Shown: positions 37,535 to 46,549 of the stretch, piece by piece
How the letters are laid out: each line of letters starts with the position of its first letter
How positions within the stretch are numbered: the stretch's first letter is position 1
Virus record (IMG/VR): IMGVR_UViG_3300038393_000457
Coordinates: 1-64,000 of that record
Source of the DNA: a virus
Lineage: Duplodnaviria > Caudoviricetes
Length of the DNA: 64,000 nucleotides
Reading direction: 5' to 3' (one strand)
The notes under the pieces: generated by a model
What the model was told of the DNA's origin: nothing
Database searches by the model: none
What the model saw: the letters and a program-made list of their open reading frames with translations, nothing else
Translations under genes and position numbers: made by a program

Positions 37535-37589
37535 GGAGGGCTTCCTAAGGGTATGGGAGCTAAGTGCGCTAGAGGTGCAACCTCCACCA
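37535..37589 (+). ncRNA. 55-nt CCA-ended two-hairpin mini RNA
   Basis: ggagg/cctcc + ACCA. Confidence 0.45.
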
Positions 37590-37656
37590 GTTTTTGATAT
37601 AGACAACGACGATGATGATCTTACCTGTATTTGGAGAAATTTAATTTCTTCTTAGT

Positions 37657-37729
37657 ACACCAGTGTTCCGACAGGTAAGGGAGACGTCTTTTAAACGTCT
37701 ATATGTGGGTTCAAATCCCACCTGGTGTA
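37657..37729 (+). tRNA. trnK: tRNA-Lys(TTT) within a 21-bp inverted repeat, no CCA
   Basis: gacgt-cttttaa-acgtc. Confidence 0.8.
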
Positions 37730-38442
37730 CTAAGAAGAAATTTTTTCTTTACAGTATTATAATTAGCACCTCTTGGACTTTTTCCTTGTGCAATAAGATA
37801 TTGACGAATAGAAGGATATCCTTCTATTTCAATTTTCTTGGTGTTCTTTCTACGTCTTATATTTCTACCTCTCCATGTATCTGTTTGTGAATGACAATTT
37901 GGGCATAGAAATTCCACATTTTCTCTTGTGTTATTATGATGATTACCATCCTTATGTTCAAATTCCAATGTAATTGGTTTACCTAACCAAGTGTCATTAT
38001 GACATTTATTGCACCTATTTTCTTGATCTCTTAATACCTGTTCTTTAAGTTCTTTGACATATGATAATGGATTTCTTTCTCGTCTTTTTGCATGTTCTAT
38101 TTTCCATTTAAGACCATCCATTAATCTTTTATGTTCCATTGAACAAAATTTCTTTTGTTTTCTGCTAAGTATATTATAACAACCATCAATTCCACAATAA
38201 CAATTTTTATTATCTAAATCCTTTAGACGTTGGAAATTGTTGACTCTGGTGGAACAACTATTGCAGCAATATTTTGGATTTCTTGTGTTTTTGTTGCATT
38301 CTTGGTTCATACATTGATGTGGTTGTCTCATTATTTGACTTTCATTTTTTGTTATGTTAGTATTTACCATACTAAATAATTGATCAAAAGTCAATTGGAT
38401 ATTATAAATAGGATTTCCGGCACGATGTAATGGTGCCGCCAA
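37711..38442 (-). CDS. HNH homing endonuclease with Zn motifs (true start probably internal)
   Basis: RCNKC..W.GKPITLEFEHKDGNHHNNTRENVEFLCPNCHSQT. Confidence 0.9.
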   Translation of the reverse strand: MAAPLHRAGNPIYNIQLTFDQLFSMVNTNITKNESQIMRQPHQCMNQECNKNTRNPKYCCNSCSTRVNNFQRLKDLDNKNCYCGIDGCYNILSRKQKKFCSMEHKRLMDGLKWKIEHAKRRERNPLSYVKELKEQVLRDQENRCNKCHNDTWLGKPITLEFEHKDGNHHNNTRENVEFLCPNCHSQTDTWRGRNIRRRKNTKKIEIEGYPSIRQYLIAQGKSPRGANYNTVKKKFLLSTPGGI

Positions 38443-38760
38443 GAACGTCGGTCAGATATGGCCGATTGGATCGCTCAGGTGGTCCTAGGTTCTTGGACAA
38501 GTTTTGCGGTAGCTTACGGATGTTTGTCTAGGTCGAAAGACTAAATTTCGGAGTGTGAAGGAAGCACGGTGGTCTTTTAGACGACCAGAATCGGATCGTT
38601 ACCGGTCGAAATTTTCCGCAACTAAATAGACAACCGTAGTGTGAAGAACACGTAAATCGGATGAATTTTTGGCATTGAGTGTTTGGGAAAGTATGATATC
38701 TGACTGCACTGGTTGATGCATTCCAGACGGTCTAACTCAACTATCACCGTTGGTTATCAT
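38411..38760 (+). ncRNA. ornate structured RNA candidate downstream of late promoter TATAAATA (38403)
   Basis: more than 10 helices, multibranch junctions, one pseudoknot; no ORF. Confidence 0.7.
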
Positions 38761-38843
38761 GGTACATGGTGGAAATGGTATACACGCACGTTTTGAAGAC
38801 GGGCGCTCGAAAGAGATTGCAGGTTCGAATCCTGTTGTACACT
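38760..38843 (+). pseudogene. degenerate class II tRNA (Leu-like D arm, TGA in loop)
   Basis: D and T arms intact, acceptor mispaired, no CCA. Confidence 0.6.
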
Positions 38844-38870
38844 GTGACGATCCATTCACTTGATTTTTGT

Positions 38871-38944
38871 TGCTCTTTCGTCTAACGGCAGGACCGGTGC
38901 CTTTGACTCACCAGATTGAGGTTCGAATCCTTGAAGAGCAGCCA
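38871..38944 (+). tRNA. trnQ: tRNA-Gln(TTG)
   Basis: loop ctttgac; tgctctt/aagagca; GCCA. Confidence 0.85.
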
Positions 38945-39002
38945 ATTCTCGTTTTAAGGTAAGGGTTTTCCTCAGCGTTAAAAATCCTTCCAACAGGATT
39001 AT

Positions 39003-39077
39003 ACTCTCGTCGTCTAGTGGCTAAGGCGCGCGCTTGATAGGCGTGAAAACGGGGATCGAAACCTCGCGGGAGTACCA
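39003..39077 (+). tRNA. trnI: tRNA-Ile(GAT)
   Basis: cgcgc-ttgatag-gcgtg; ACCA. Confidence 0.8.
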
Positions 39078-39093
39078 ATTTAAGAGGTATATT

Positions 39094-39300
39094 ATGTCTG
39101 ATAATAGCAGTAGTTCTAGTAGCGGTGGTATTGGTGTTTTCGGTTTGCTTGGTGTTGCATTCGTTGTTCTCAAGCTGACTGGATATATTGATTGGTCTTG
39201 GTGGTTAGTCACTCTACCATTTTGGGGTGGATTGGCTTTTGTTATTGCCTTTCTACTGATTATCTTCCTCGGTGCGGTTTTCTTAGAAATGAGAAAATAA
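39094..39300 (+). CDS. small two-helix membrane protein
   Basis: GIGVFGLLGVAFVVLKLTGYIDWSWWLVTLPFW. Confidence 0.7.
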   Translation: MSDNSSSSSSGGIGVFGLLGVAFVVLKLTGYIDWSWWLVTLPFWGGLAFVIAFLLIIFLGAVFLEMRK

Positions 39301-39303
39301 GTA

Positions 39304-39375
39304 GTCTCTCAGGTGTTGCAGGCGGCACAAGACTGTGGTATAGTTTAGGGCGCGTTTCGATTACGCGGAGAGGCA
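39304..39375 (+). tRNA. trnT: tRNA-Thr(GGT)-like, atypical loop, no CCA
   Basis: agact-gtggtat-agttt; gtctctc/gagaggc. Confidence 0.65.
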
Positions 39376-39380
39376 CATAG

Positions 39381-39437
39381 ACGGTGGATTTCCCTAAGTA
39401 AGCATAGGTAAGACTTGCTTAAAGGAAATCCACCGTG
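39381..39437 (+). promoter_or_regulatory. second copy of the RBS/GTG-sequestering hairpin
   Basis: acggtggatttcc-ctaagtaag / cttgctta-aaggaaatccaccgt. Confidence 0.7.
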
Positions 39438-40064
39438 TTCTATACGATTTATAAGATAACTAATAAAATTAATGGAAAATATTACATTGGTAAACATCAA
39501 ACTGAAAATTTAGATGATGGTTATTTTGGTTCTGGTAAATTAATCAAAAAAGCCATTAAAAAATATGGCATAGAAAATTTTATTAAAGAAATCTTGTTCG
39601 TGTATGATAATGAACAAGAAATGAATGAGAAAGAAAAGGAATTAGTAACCTTAAGAGAAGATAGTTATAACCTTTGTCCTGGTGGACAAGGTGGATTTGG
39701 TTATATTAATAAAATAATATCGAAAGATGATAGATCAAAATATGGTAAAATTGGCGGCATCAAAATATCCACAGAAATTCAAACAAAAGGATTGTTCTTC
39801 AAAAATCTTACCAACAAATTTTCTAAAGGAAATCCATACCGATTTACTAAAGAAAATAATTACATGGCAGGTAAACAACATTCCTTAGAAGTGAAGAAAA
39901 AAATTGGTGAAGCGAATTCTTTACATCAGTCTGGTAAAAAGAATTCTCAATATGGTACTTGTTGGATATATCATCCACAACTAGGTAATAAGAAGATTGA
40001 CAAAGAAGAACTAAATAAATATATTGAATTGGGCTATATTAAAGGCCGTCAAAAGTGGTATTAG
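39435..40064 (+). CDS. Seg-like GIY-YIG homing endonuclease, paralog of 186-827
   Basis: IYKITNKINGKYYIGKH; shared C-terminus QYGTCWIYHPQLGNKKIDK. Confidence 0.9.
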   Translation: MFYTIYKITNKINGKYYIGKHQTENLDDGYFGSGKLIKKAIKKYGIENFIKEILFVYDNEQEMNEKEKELVTLREDSYNLCPGGQGGFGYINKIISKDDRSKYGKIGGIKISTEIQTKGLFFKNLTNKFSKGNPYRFTKENNYMAGKQHSLEVKKKIGEANSLHQSGKKNSQYGTCWIYHPQLGNKKIDKEELNKYIELGYIKGRQKWY

Positions 40065-40085
40065 AGTTTGTAGAATGAGATTTGC

Positions 40086-40160
40086 TCCATCCGGACGATC
40101 AAGGTGAACGTGCTCGCCTGTTAAGCGAGATTAAGACAGGTTCGATGCCTGTGGATGGAG
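40086..40160 (+). tRNA. trnN: tRNA-Asn(GTT), no CCA
   Basis: ctcgc-ctgttaa-gcgag. Confidence 0.85.
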
Positions 40161-40361
40161 CTAATCTCATTCAATAATTTTGGAGTTGTGATGAATAAGT
40201 TGTTGAATGCCTTTGAACGTTGGATGTGCGAATATCCACCCCTGTTGGATGACACCAAGGATATGAATGAACGTCCTGGTGGTTTTTGGACCTATCGTGC
40301 GAAGAAAGCATATCCACCTGGTCGCGGTCCAGAAAAATATTGGGATGATTTAGAAAAGAAT

Positions 40362-40434
40362 GCCTAGTGGTCTCGGGTACCAATCTGGTCTCATAAGCTG
40401 GATGTGATTGGTTCAAATCCAATACGAGGCACCA
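40362..40434 (+). tRNA. tRNA-Met/Ile2(CAT) with shortened D arm
   Basis: loop ctcataa; ACCA. Confidence 0.75.
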
Positions 40435-40531
40435 AAATTGCGGAAAGACTACCATGGATGTCGTCACAGGGACCGTGACCTTGCGCGTTGAGGATAGACT
40501 GTTGACCCGCAATAGTATTTGTGTATAATTT

Positions 40532-40613
40532 GCCAAGTTCGCATAGCGGCGATTGCAGCACTTTTGTAAAGTGCCATTCCACATCGGGGGTTCGAGTCCC
40601 TCACTTGGCTCCA
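40532..40613 (+). tRNA. trnT: tRNA-Thr(TGT), enlarged variable region
   Basis: gcact-tttgtaa-agtgc; TCCA. Confidence 0.9.
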
Positions 40614-40887
40614 ATTAATGTTGACCTTGTGACTATGCCGGTGGAAGTTGATAGCCCCATAGATATGGAAGAATCAGCGACTCAAGGAAGCCGTCAACAT
40701 TGACAAGATTTTGTATTATGGTATAAATAGATCATGTTTAGAGTTTTAGTTAGTTGGGCAGTTATTGCAGCTTTTATATTGGGATTGATGGATTGGGCGT
40801 ATGATCTATCTGAACGTTACAATCAACCAAACCCAAATAGAGCAGTAATTGTGGTTCCAAAGGAGCCAATAAAATATTAATTGTAAT

Positions 40888-40960
40888 GCGGGTGTTCTCC
40901 TGGGAGAGGACATTGCCTTCCAAGCAATTGAAGAGGGTTCGAATCCCTTCACCCGCTCCA
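40888..40960 (+). tRNA. trnG: tRNA-Gly(TCC)
   Basis: attgc-cttccaa-gcaat; TCCA. Confidence 0.9.
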
Positions 40961-40971
40961 TTATTTCTGAA

Positions 40972-41523
40972 GTGATGTTAAATAAAATAGAATGTCAAAA
41001 ATTATATGACCAAGGTTTCTCTTTAAAAGAGATTGCAGAAAAATTTGGTACCTATAAATTGAAGATTCAAAGACTTGGTCTGGATATTAGGACAAGTCAT
41101 GAGTCAAGAGAATTTCGTAATAACCACAAGTTAACAACGGAACAAAAGAAAAAATTATCATTGATAGCCATCAAAAGAGGTTTTGGTGGTACAAACAGAA
41201 GAAAGACATTTCTATACAAAAATGTTATTTTGGAAAGTTCTTATGAATTGAAAGTGGCTAAAGAATTAGATAATAATGGAATTTTGTGGGAACGACCCAA
41301 AAGATTTCATTGGATTGATAATTTTGGAATTAAGCACCATTATACGCCAGATTTTTATCTTCTAGATTATGATCTATATCTTGATCCCAAAAATGATTAT
41401 CTAATTAAAAAAGATAAAGACAAAATTGAAAGAGTTCAAAACCAAAACAACATAAAGATATTTGTTATTGATAAGTATCATTTGACGTGGAAAGATATTT
41501 CTGTTATAATAGGTAAATCTTAA
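40972..41523 (+). CDS. PD-(D/E)XK-type homing endonuclease, same family as 35586-36194
   Basis: ESSYE...HYTPDFYL..YDLYLDPKN. Confidence 0.8.
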   Translation: MMLNKIECQKLYDQGFSLKEIAEKFGTYKLKIQRLGLDIRTSHESREFRNNHKLTTEQKKKLSLIAIKRGFGGTNRRKTFLYKNVILESSYELKVAKELDNNGILWERPKRFHWIDNFGIKHHYTPDFYLLDYDLYLDPKNDYLIKKDKDKIERVQNQNNIKIFVIDKYHLTWKDISVIIGKS

Positions 41524-41536
41524 ATAGAGGTGTATT

Positions 41537-42288
41537 GTGATGGTATTTCTTGCTTGGATTGTTGTTGCTTTTGTCATTATCGGAGGTGCCCTTGCTATGA
41601 TGAAGGGTTTCAATAAGGGTCCAGACTATTCGTCTGAAACCGACGGTAAGGTTCTGGATACTTCTGACAATACCTGGAAGACACCAGAAGAACTGATGTC
41701 GTCTGCTAATTCTTTTACGCAAATTGTAAATTCGGTTCAATAAGTTTGAATGCCGCTTTGGCTGTGATGGTTCAAGCACCGCGCTGAAGACGTGGATATC
41801 TCGGTTCGATCCCGAGGGGCGGCTCCATTTTCTATGAGGTTAAAATGGTAATTGTTGGTCTAGTTTTGATTCTTGGCATTCTTGGTTGGATCGTATATGA
41901 AAAGATTGTCAAGAATGAAAGGATTGCAGCACAAGTAATTCGTGAACGTGAATTGGATGAAGAAGTTGTCCGAGATAGGGTTTATGATCCGGTACTGAAT
42001 GATATTGTTTTGGATCGTATCAATAAGCTTCGTGTCTACAATGGACGTACTCCATTGACAATGGAACAAGCAAAGTCTGCGATCGATATGCGTAAACTTC
42101 ATTCCGTAGACACCATTATTTCAAGTGCTCCTGGTGGTAAGCGTCAATGTGTTGACACCAATGAGAAATTTTTGGAATATTTGAATCCTGATTATGCTGT
42201 TGAAATTGAAAAGCCTGGTACTCCTTTGAATAAAGGAATCTTTGCTGCTATTGACAAAGATATGCAAAAGAATAAGAAGACTAAGTAA
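41537..42288 (+). CDS. two membrane-anchored hypothetical proteins (41537-41743, 41845-42288)
   Basis: N-terminal TM helices, RBS. Confidence 0.55.
41752..41827 (+). tRNA. trnF: tRNA-Phe(GAA)
   Basis: ccgcg-ctgaaga-cgtgg; TCCA. Confidence 0.9.
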
Positions 42289-42297
42289 AGAGTAATT

Positions 42298-42382
42298 GCG
42301 GGTGTCGGATAGCGGCTATTCCGCTTCCTTGCCAAGGAAGAGCCGAAAGGCATCATGGGTTCGAGTCCCATTACCCGCTCCA
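42298..42382 (+). tRNA. trnG: tRNA-Gly(GCC) with long variable arm
   Basis: cttcc-ttgccaa-ggaag; gcc-gaaa-ggc arm. Confidence 0.9.
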
Positions 42383-42632
42383 ATCCCTCCCATCTAACGT
42401 GTCTCAATGGATGGTGTATGATTGCTGGTTCAATTTTCTGTCAGATGCGGCACGCGACTTTGGCAGTAAACGGTAGTCTCTCCAGCTATAAAAAGGATGA
42501 AACCGAATATTTCTTTGTGTGATCAGTAGTGAATTTTGCGACACGTAAGTCTAGCTATTGGTTCCACCTTGTATGATCTGTGTCGAGGAGTGGCGGATGC
42601 TTAAACTTGACAAGTGTGAATATGAGTTTTAT

Positions 42633-42716
42633 ATCGGTGCTAGGGTAGTGGGATACCTAACTGTCTCCAAAACAGTCGCCTAGAGCTAGGGGGTTCGATT
42701 CCTCACACCGGTGCCA
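42633..42716 (+). tRNA. trnW: tRNA-Trp(CCA) with enlarged variable region
   Basis: actgt-ctccaaa-acagt; GCCA. Confidence 0.85.
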
Positions 42717-42960
42717 TAGCGTGCTAGACGTTATCTAGCCTGGTCCTATGACAGTTCCATAGGAAGGGATTTGTTGATTGTTCCTGGAACAATACAATCA
42801 TCGCGAAATTCTCTGCCCCTATAGTTTACTTTAGGGCCCCCCGAGTCCTTCGTGACACGGGACGATGCCTGCAAGTGTGACCTTGCAGGGACCAATGGAG
42901 TAATCTGTTGGTATAGGGTAGCCAGCGTTCCCCATGTCACAGAAACGCTGGGTTTATTTT

Positions 42961-43036
42961 GGTTCCGAAGAGCAAAGGATAGAGCCTCTTCCCTGTCTAG
43001 GAAGAGTAGGGGGTTTGAGTCCCCCCGGAATCGCCA
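42961..43036 (+). tRNA. trnD: tRNA-Asp(GTC), weak D stem
   Basis: cttcc-ctgtcta-ggaag; GCCA. Confidence 0.8.
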
Positions 43037-43213
43037 TTTTCTCCACGCGGCAGGAAGCGGGGTCCACTGAAACAGCCCGTAAGGATAAAAGGAATTAGGA
43101 GTCCAGTAGAATAAGATTTCATTTGAAAGTTGCCGTCTGAGACGGATTTGGTATAACTGCGGTGGATATTATTCGTGAAGCTTGTCCCTTGGTCCTTGGA
43201 GAAAGTTATTGAC

Positions 43214-43286
43214 GTGGGCGTGGTGTAGTGGTAGCACAGGAGATTGTGATTCTCCAGGGATGGGTTCGAACCCCAAGCTCACCCCA
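43214..43286 (+). tRNA. trnH: tRNA-His(GTG)
   Basis: ggaga-ttgtgat-tctcc; CCCA. Confidence 0.85.
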
Positions 43287-43294
43287 GATTTTTA

Positions 43295-43745
43295 TGATGT
43301 TTGGAAAGACTGTATAATGAGTAGGAATAATTTGAAGGCGACCTAAGGATAGGGTAGTCCCGCGTGTAGTCACAGGTCCAATTAAAGTCTCCCATCTTAT
43401 TGAAAATTATACATCTTCTCCGACTGCCTGCACATTACGGTGTGTGATTGGAGCATCTGGTATTCCAATGTCTAGAAATAGGCGGCAGAGCAATTGAACA
43501 AATAAGTAGAATAGGAAATTCCCAACGGAGGGTGAGTGTCAACCACTGGAATGACATTTGCAAGTCTAGTATACATGAGTGGCCAGCCGTAAGGTAAAGC
43601 GCACGTGAAGGTCGACAACAGCCCGTATGTACTCTTTTGAAGTGCTATGCTACCCAAGAGTGGTAGGAAAGTAATAAGAAGGATGATGACGGTCCCCTGG
43701 ATAACCGAAAGCCGAAGAACGTCAGACTTCCAACGTGTATATTAG
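43295..43745 (+). ncRNA. about 450-nt ornate ncRNA candidate between tRNA-His and tRNA-Cys
   Basis: multiple nested domains, no credible ORF. Confidence 0.65.
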
Positions 43746-43769
43746 AGACTGCAAGGGAATATTTTTTTT

Positions 43770-43847
43770 GGTGCCGTGGACTGAATGGATTTAGGCACGA
43801 GACTGCAAATCTCGTTTATGTGGGTTCAAGTCCCACCGGCTCCTCCA
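43770..43847 (+). tRNA. trnC: tRNA-Cys(GCA)
   Basis: cgaga-ctgcaaa-tctcg; TCCA. Confidence 0.9.
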
Positions 43848-43868
43848 ATTTATATAATAAGGAAGATA

Positions 43869-44513
43869 ATGAAAGTAGCGTTGAAGGCTATTACCAAGCC
43901 AGTTGATGATACCATGACAGTGGAAGACTTCGTTGCATATGTTGCACGAGTCTCCAATCCAGATAATCAAAACAACAAACTCACTTCCAAGAAGCTTCTA
44001 AAATATCTTCGGAAAAATAAGCATTTTTCCCCATTTGAGATGGTTAGTTTGGTAATAGAAGTCAATACTACTCGTGATATTGGTCGTCAGATTTTGCGTC
44101 ATAGAAGTTGCCATTTCCAGGAATTTTCCCAGCGATATGCTGATCCAACTAAAATGGAATTTGTTTATCGAGAAGCCCGATTACAAGATAATAAAAATCG
44201 TCAAAATAGCATTGAGATTGATGACCCAGAATTGCAAAAAGAATGGGAAGCAATCCAATATGATATAATCTCTCGCGCAAAGGCAGGTTATCAATGGGCT
44301 GTTTCTAAAGGTATTGCCAAGGAACAAGCTAGAGTTGTATTACCGGAGGGATTAACAGCATCAAAAATGTATATTAGTGGCACTCTAAGAGATTGGTATT
44401 TTTATTGTCAACTTCGTATGTCCAACGGTACCCAGAAAGAACACATGGAAATTGCAAAAGCATGTTGGGATATCATCATTCAACAATTCCCTTCTTTGGC
44501 TGAAACAGAATGA
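43869..44513 (+). CDS. thyX: FAD-dependent thymidylate synthase
   Basis: ARVSNP, HFSPFEM, RQILRHRS..FQEFSQRY; start moved to MKVALK. Confidence 0.95.
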   Translation: MKVALKAITKPVDDTMTVEDFVAYVARVSNPDNQNNKLTSKKLLKYLRKNKHFSPFEMVSLVIEVNTTRDIGRQILRHRSCHFQEFSQRYADPTKMEFVYREARLQDNKNRQNSIEIDDPELQKEWEAIQYDIISRAKAGYQWAVSKGIAKEQARVVLPEGLTASKMYISGTLRDWYFYCQLRMSNGTQKEHMEIAKACWDIIIQQFPSLAETE

Positions 44514-44941
44514 AGATTGATCCAGAACGTCTAAATAGTATGTTCCAGTTTGCTGGAATTGATAAAACCAAATTATATGATGCTCTCAGGACTATGGGCA
44601 TCAAGCAACTCAAGAAAGAAATGAGAGAGGGTTGGAGTCCTGACAATCCGACAAGGTGTTTCTGCTATGTGGTTTCGGAATTTGTTTACTGGTATGTCGC
44701 CCCTAACGGCTCAATTCCTTACTCTGTTGGCGTTCCTGGTGATCCTTGGATTCATCGGTATCTTCGGTGGCCTGATGGTACCGTTGTCGATCTAACAGCG
44801 GAACAATTTGACAACCATGAATTGGTAGATTATAATCTTGGTAAAAGGAGAATGTTTCTCCAAACTGGCTGTAAAGGCCCAAGCAAGCGCGCAAGAATGC
44901 TTGCAGAATTGATGGGATATGACACTATTATCGCAAAGTGA
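44510..44941 (+). CDS. YunG-like Cys-His-Asp (transglutaminase/papain-like) protein
   Basis: WSPDNPTRCFCY...H.YL...VDLTAEQF. Confidence 0.55.
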   Translation: MKIDPERLNSMFQFAGIDKTKLYDALRTMGIKQLKKEMREGWSPDNPTRCFCYVVSEFVYWYVAPNGSIPYSVGVPGDPWIHRYLRWPDGTVVDLTAEQFDNHELVDYNLGKRRMFLQTGCKGPSKRARMLAELMGYDTIIAK

Positions 44942-45731
44942 AGAAGCTTCCGAATTTTTGAAATCTATTGGTAATTGGAGAGACCCTAATCCTGATCCAG
45001 TCATTACCGTACATGAAGGCATCCATGTTGTTCGGGATGATCTTCTAAATGCCGGCACCAAAGTAAGAGCAATTGACTATATCATTGGTCATATGAATCA
45101 TGAAGTCAACGAATGGGTAATGGGATCATGCCCTGCCATTGGTTATGCTCAAATTTCACTTCCAATAGTTTGTGCAAAACATGGAAAAAAGGCCGTAATC
45201 TTCGCTGCCAAAAGAGGGATGAATAATCTCCACCCATATCAGAAACGTGGAATTGAATTGGGTGTTAAATACTATTGGGTGGACAACGGAATGTTGACAG
45301 TTACCCAGAAGCGTGCTAGAGATTATGTCAATGCAAGTCCTGAGACGCGCAAGACTCTTCCGATGGGTCTTGAACATCCAACAGTATTTGGGTCGTTCAT
45401 CAAAGTAGCGAGAAGTCTGCCAATCAAACCAGATTATGTCTGGTCGGCAGGGTCTTCTGGAACAGTCAATCGTTCTTTGCAGATGGCTTGGCCTGATGCT
45501 GAAGTTCATGTTGTTTCAGTTGGACATAAAATGTCTGAACGGGAAATTGGAAGAGCGATTCATCATCGTTCATCCTATGCTTATACAGCAAGCGTAAAGG
45601 AAGTAGATAAACCACCTTTTCCGTCTGTTCCCGAATATGACGCTAAAGTATGGCCTGTATTGAGAGAGTGGAAGTTGACAAACAAGATACCTGATAGTAA
45701 AATTGTGCTTTTCTGGAACGTAGGCGGATAA
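44919..45731 (+). CDS. fold-type II PLP-dependent enzyme
   Basis: VRDDLLNAGTKVRA; SAGSSGT; YDAKVW; FWNVG. Confidence 0.8.
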   Translation: MTLLSQSEEASEFLKSIGNWRDPNPDPVITVHEGIHVVRDDLLNAGTKVRAIDYIIGHMNHEVNEWVMGSCPAIGYAQISLPIVCAKHGKKAVIFAAKRGMNNLHPYQKRGIELGVKYYWVDNGMLTVTQKRARDYVNASPETRKTLPMGLEHPTVFGSFIKVARSLPIKPDYVWSAGSSGTVNRSLQMAWPDAEVHVVSVGHKMSEREIGRAIHHRSSYAYTASVKEVDKPPFPSVPEYDAKVWPVLREWKLTNKIPDSKIVLFWNVGG

Positions 45732-45945
45732 GCAAAAGACAACCCTTAAAAAGGAATCTCAAATGGTAGACGTAGTAAAGACTGCTCAAGATGCGGCTAA
45801 CACCGTAAATCAGACTGCACAGACTGTAGAAACCAAGGTAGAGGTTTCCGAAAGCTGGGTGAAACAGCACCCTCTTATCACTCTAGCTATTGGTGCTGGT
45901 CTAGTTCTATTGGTTCTAGCTCTGGTTCTTTAATCAATTTTTTAT

Positions 45946-46030
45946 GCGGGTATGGCGGAATTGGTAGACGTCCCGGCTTCAAACTCCGGCGAGGAAACTC
46001 ATGGGGGTTCAAGTCCCTCTACCCGTACCA
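45946..46030 (+). tRNA. trnL: tRNA-Leu(CAA)
   Basis: Leu-type D loop; ccggc-ttcaaac-tccgg; ACCA. Confidence 0.85.
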
Positions 46031-46049
46031 GTTTTGTATAAAGGTAATT

Positions 46050-46220
46050 ATGAGTAATTTGTGGAAGACAGATACCGAATATAAAGTCGGTGATAGAGTT
46101 ATGGTCCTTGGTAAGGAATATGAATGTACCAAGGATCATAAATCTAACGTCTTCGCAGACCAATTCTTTGGAAAGAACACCTCTCATAAGATAGAGGAAA
46201 AGGTCTGGAAGAAGGTTTAA
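46050..46220 (+). CDS. 56-aa CBM5/12-like (chitin-binding type) microprotein
   Basis: W....YKVGDRV...GKEYEC...H.S read manually. Confidence 0.5.
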   Translation: MSNLWKTDTEYKVGDRVMVLGKEYECTKDHKSNVFADQFFGKNTSHKIEEKVWKKV

Positions 46221-46229
46221 AAATATTTT

Positions 46230-46306
46230 GCTACCGTAGCCCAACGGCAGGAGGCACGAGTCTTAGGAACTCGCCAGTGTCAGTTCGAATCTGACCGGTA
46301 GTACCA
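46230..46306 (+). tRNA. trnL: tRNA-Leu(TAG) with short variable loop
   Basis: cgagt-cttagga-actcg; ACCA. Confidence 0.85.
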
Positions 46307-46549
46307 ATTTTGGTTTATTATGCAATCTTTGATTGAAAGCTTCTTCAAGAATTTTAAATCAGCCAATATCTTATTGGAATGCATTCTTGACGGAACACAT
46401 GTGGGATATTGTGTTATTCACATCCCCAAGACAAAGAGACCAGATGATGGTGTGTCGTATAAACCCATCTGGCACGGTGAATGTAAGTATTGCAACAAAC
46501 CAATCCAATGTAATGAATTCGGAATGTGGGAATTAGAGAAGGATAAAAA

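Noticed and set aside
38411-38760. group I or group II intron
   Set aside because: No P/Q/R/S elements, no domain V, and no interrupted exon.
45946-46030. TCA (Sec/opal) anticodon in cttcaaa
   Set aside because: The stem pairs only in the register that gives CAA; the body is Leu-type.
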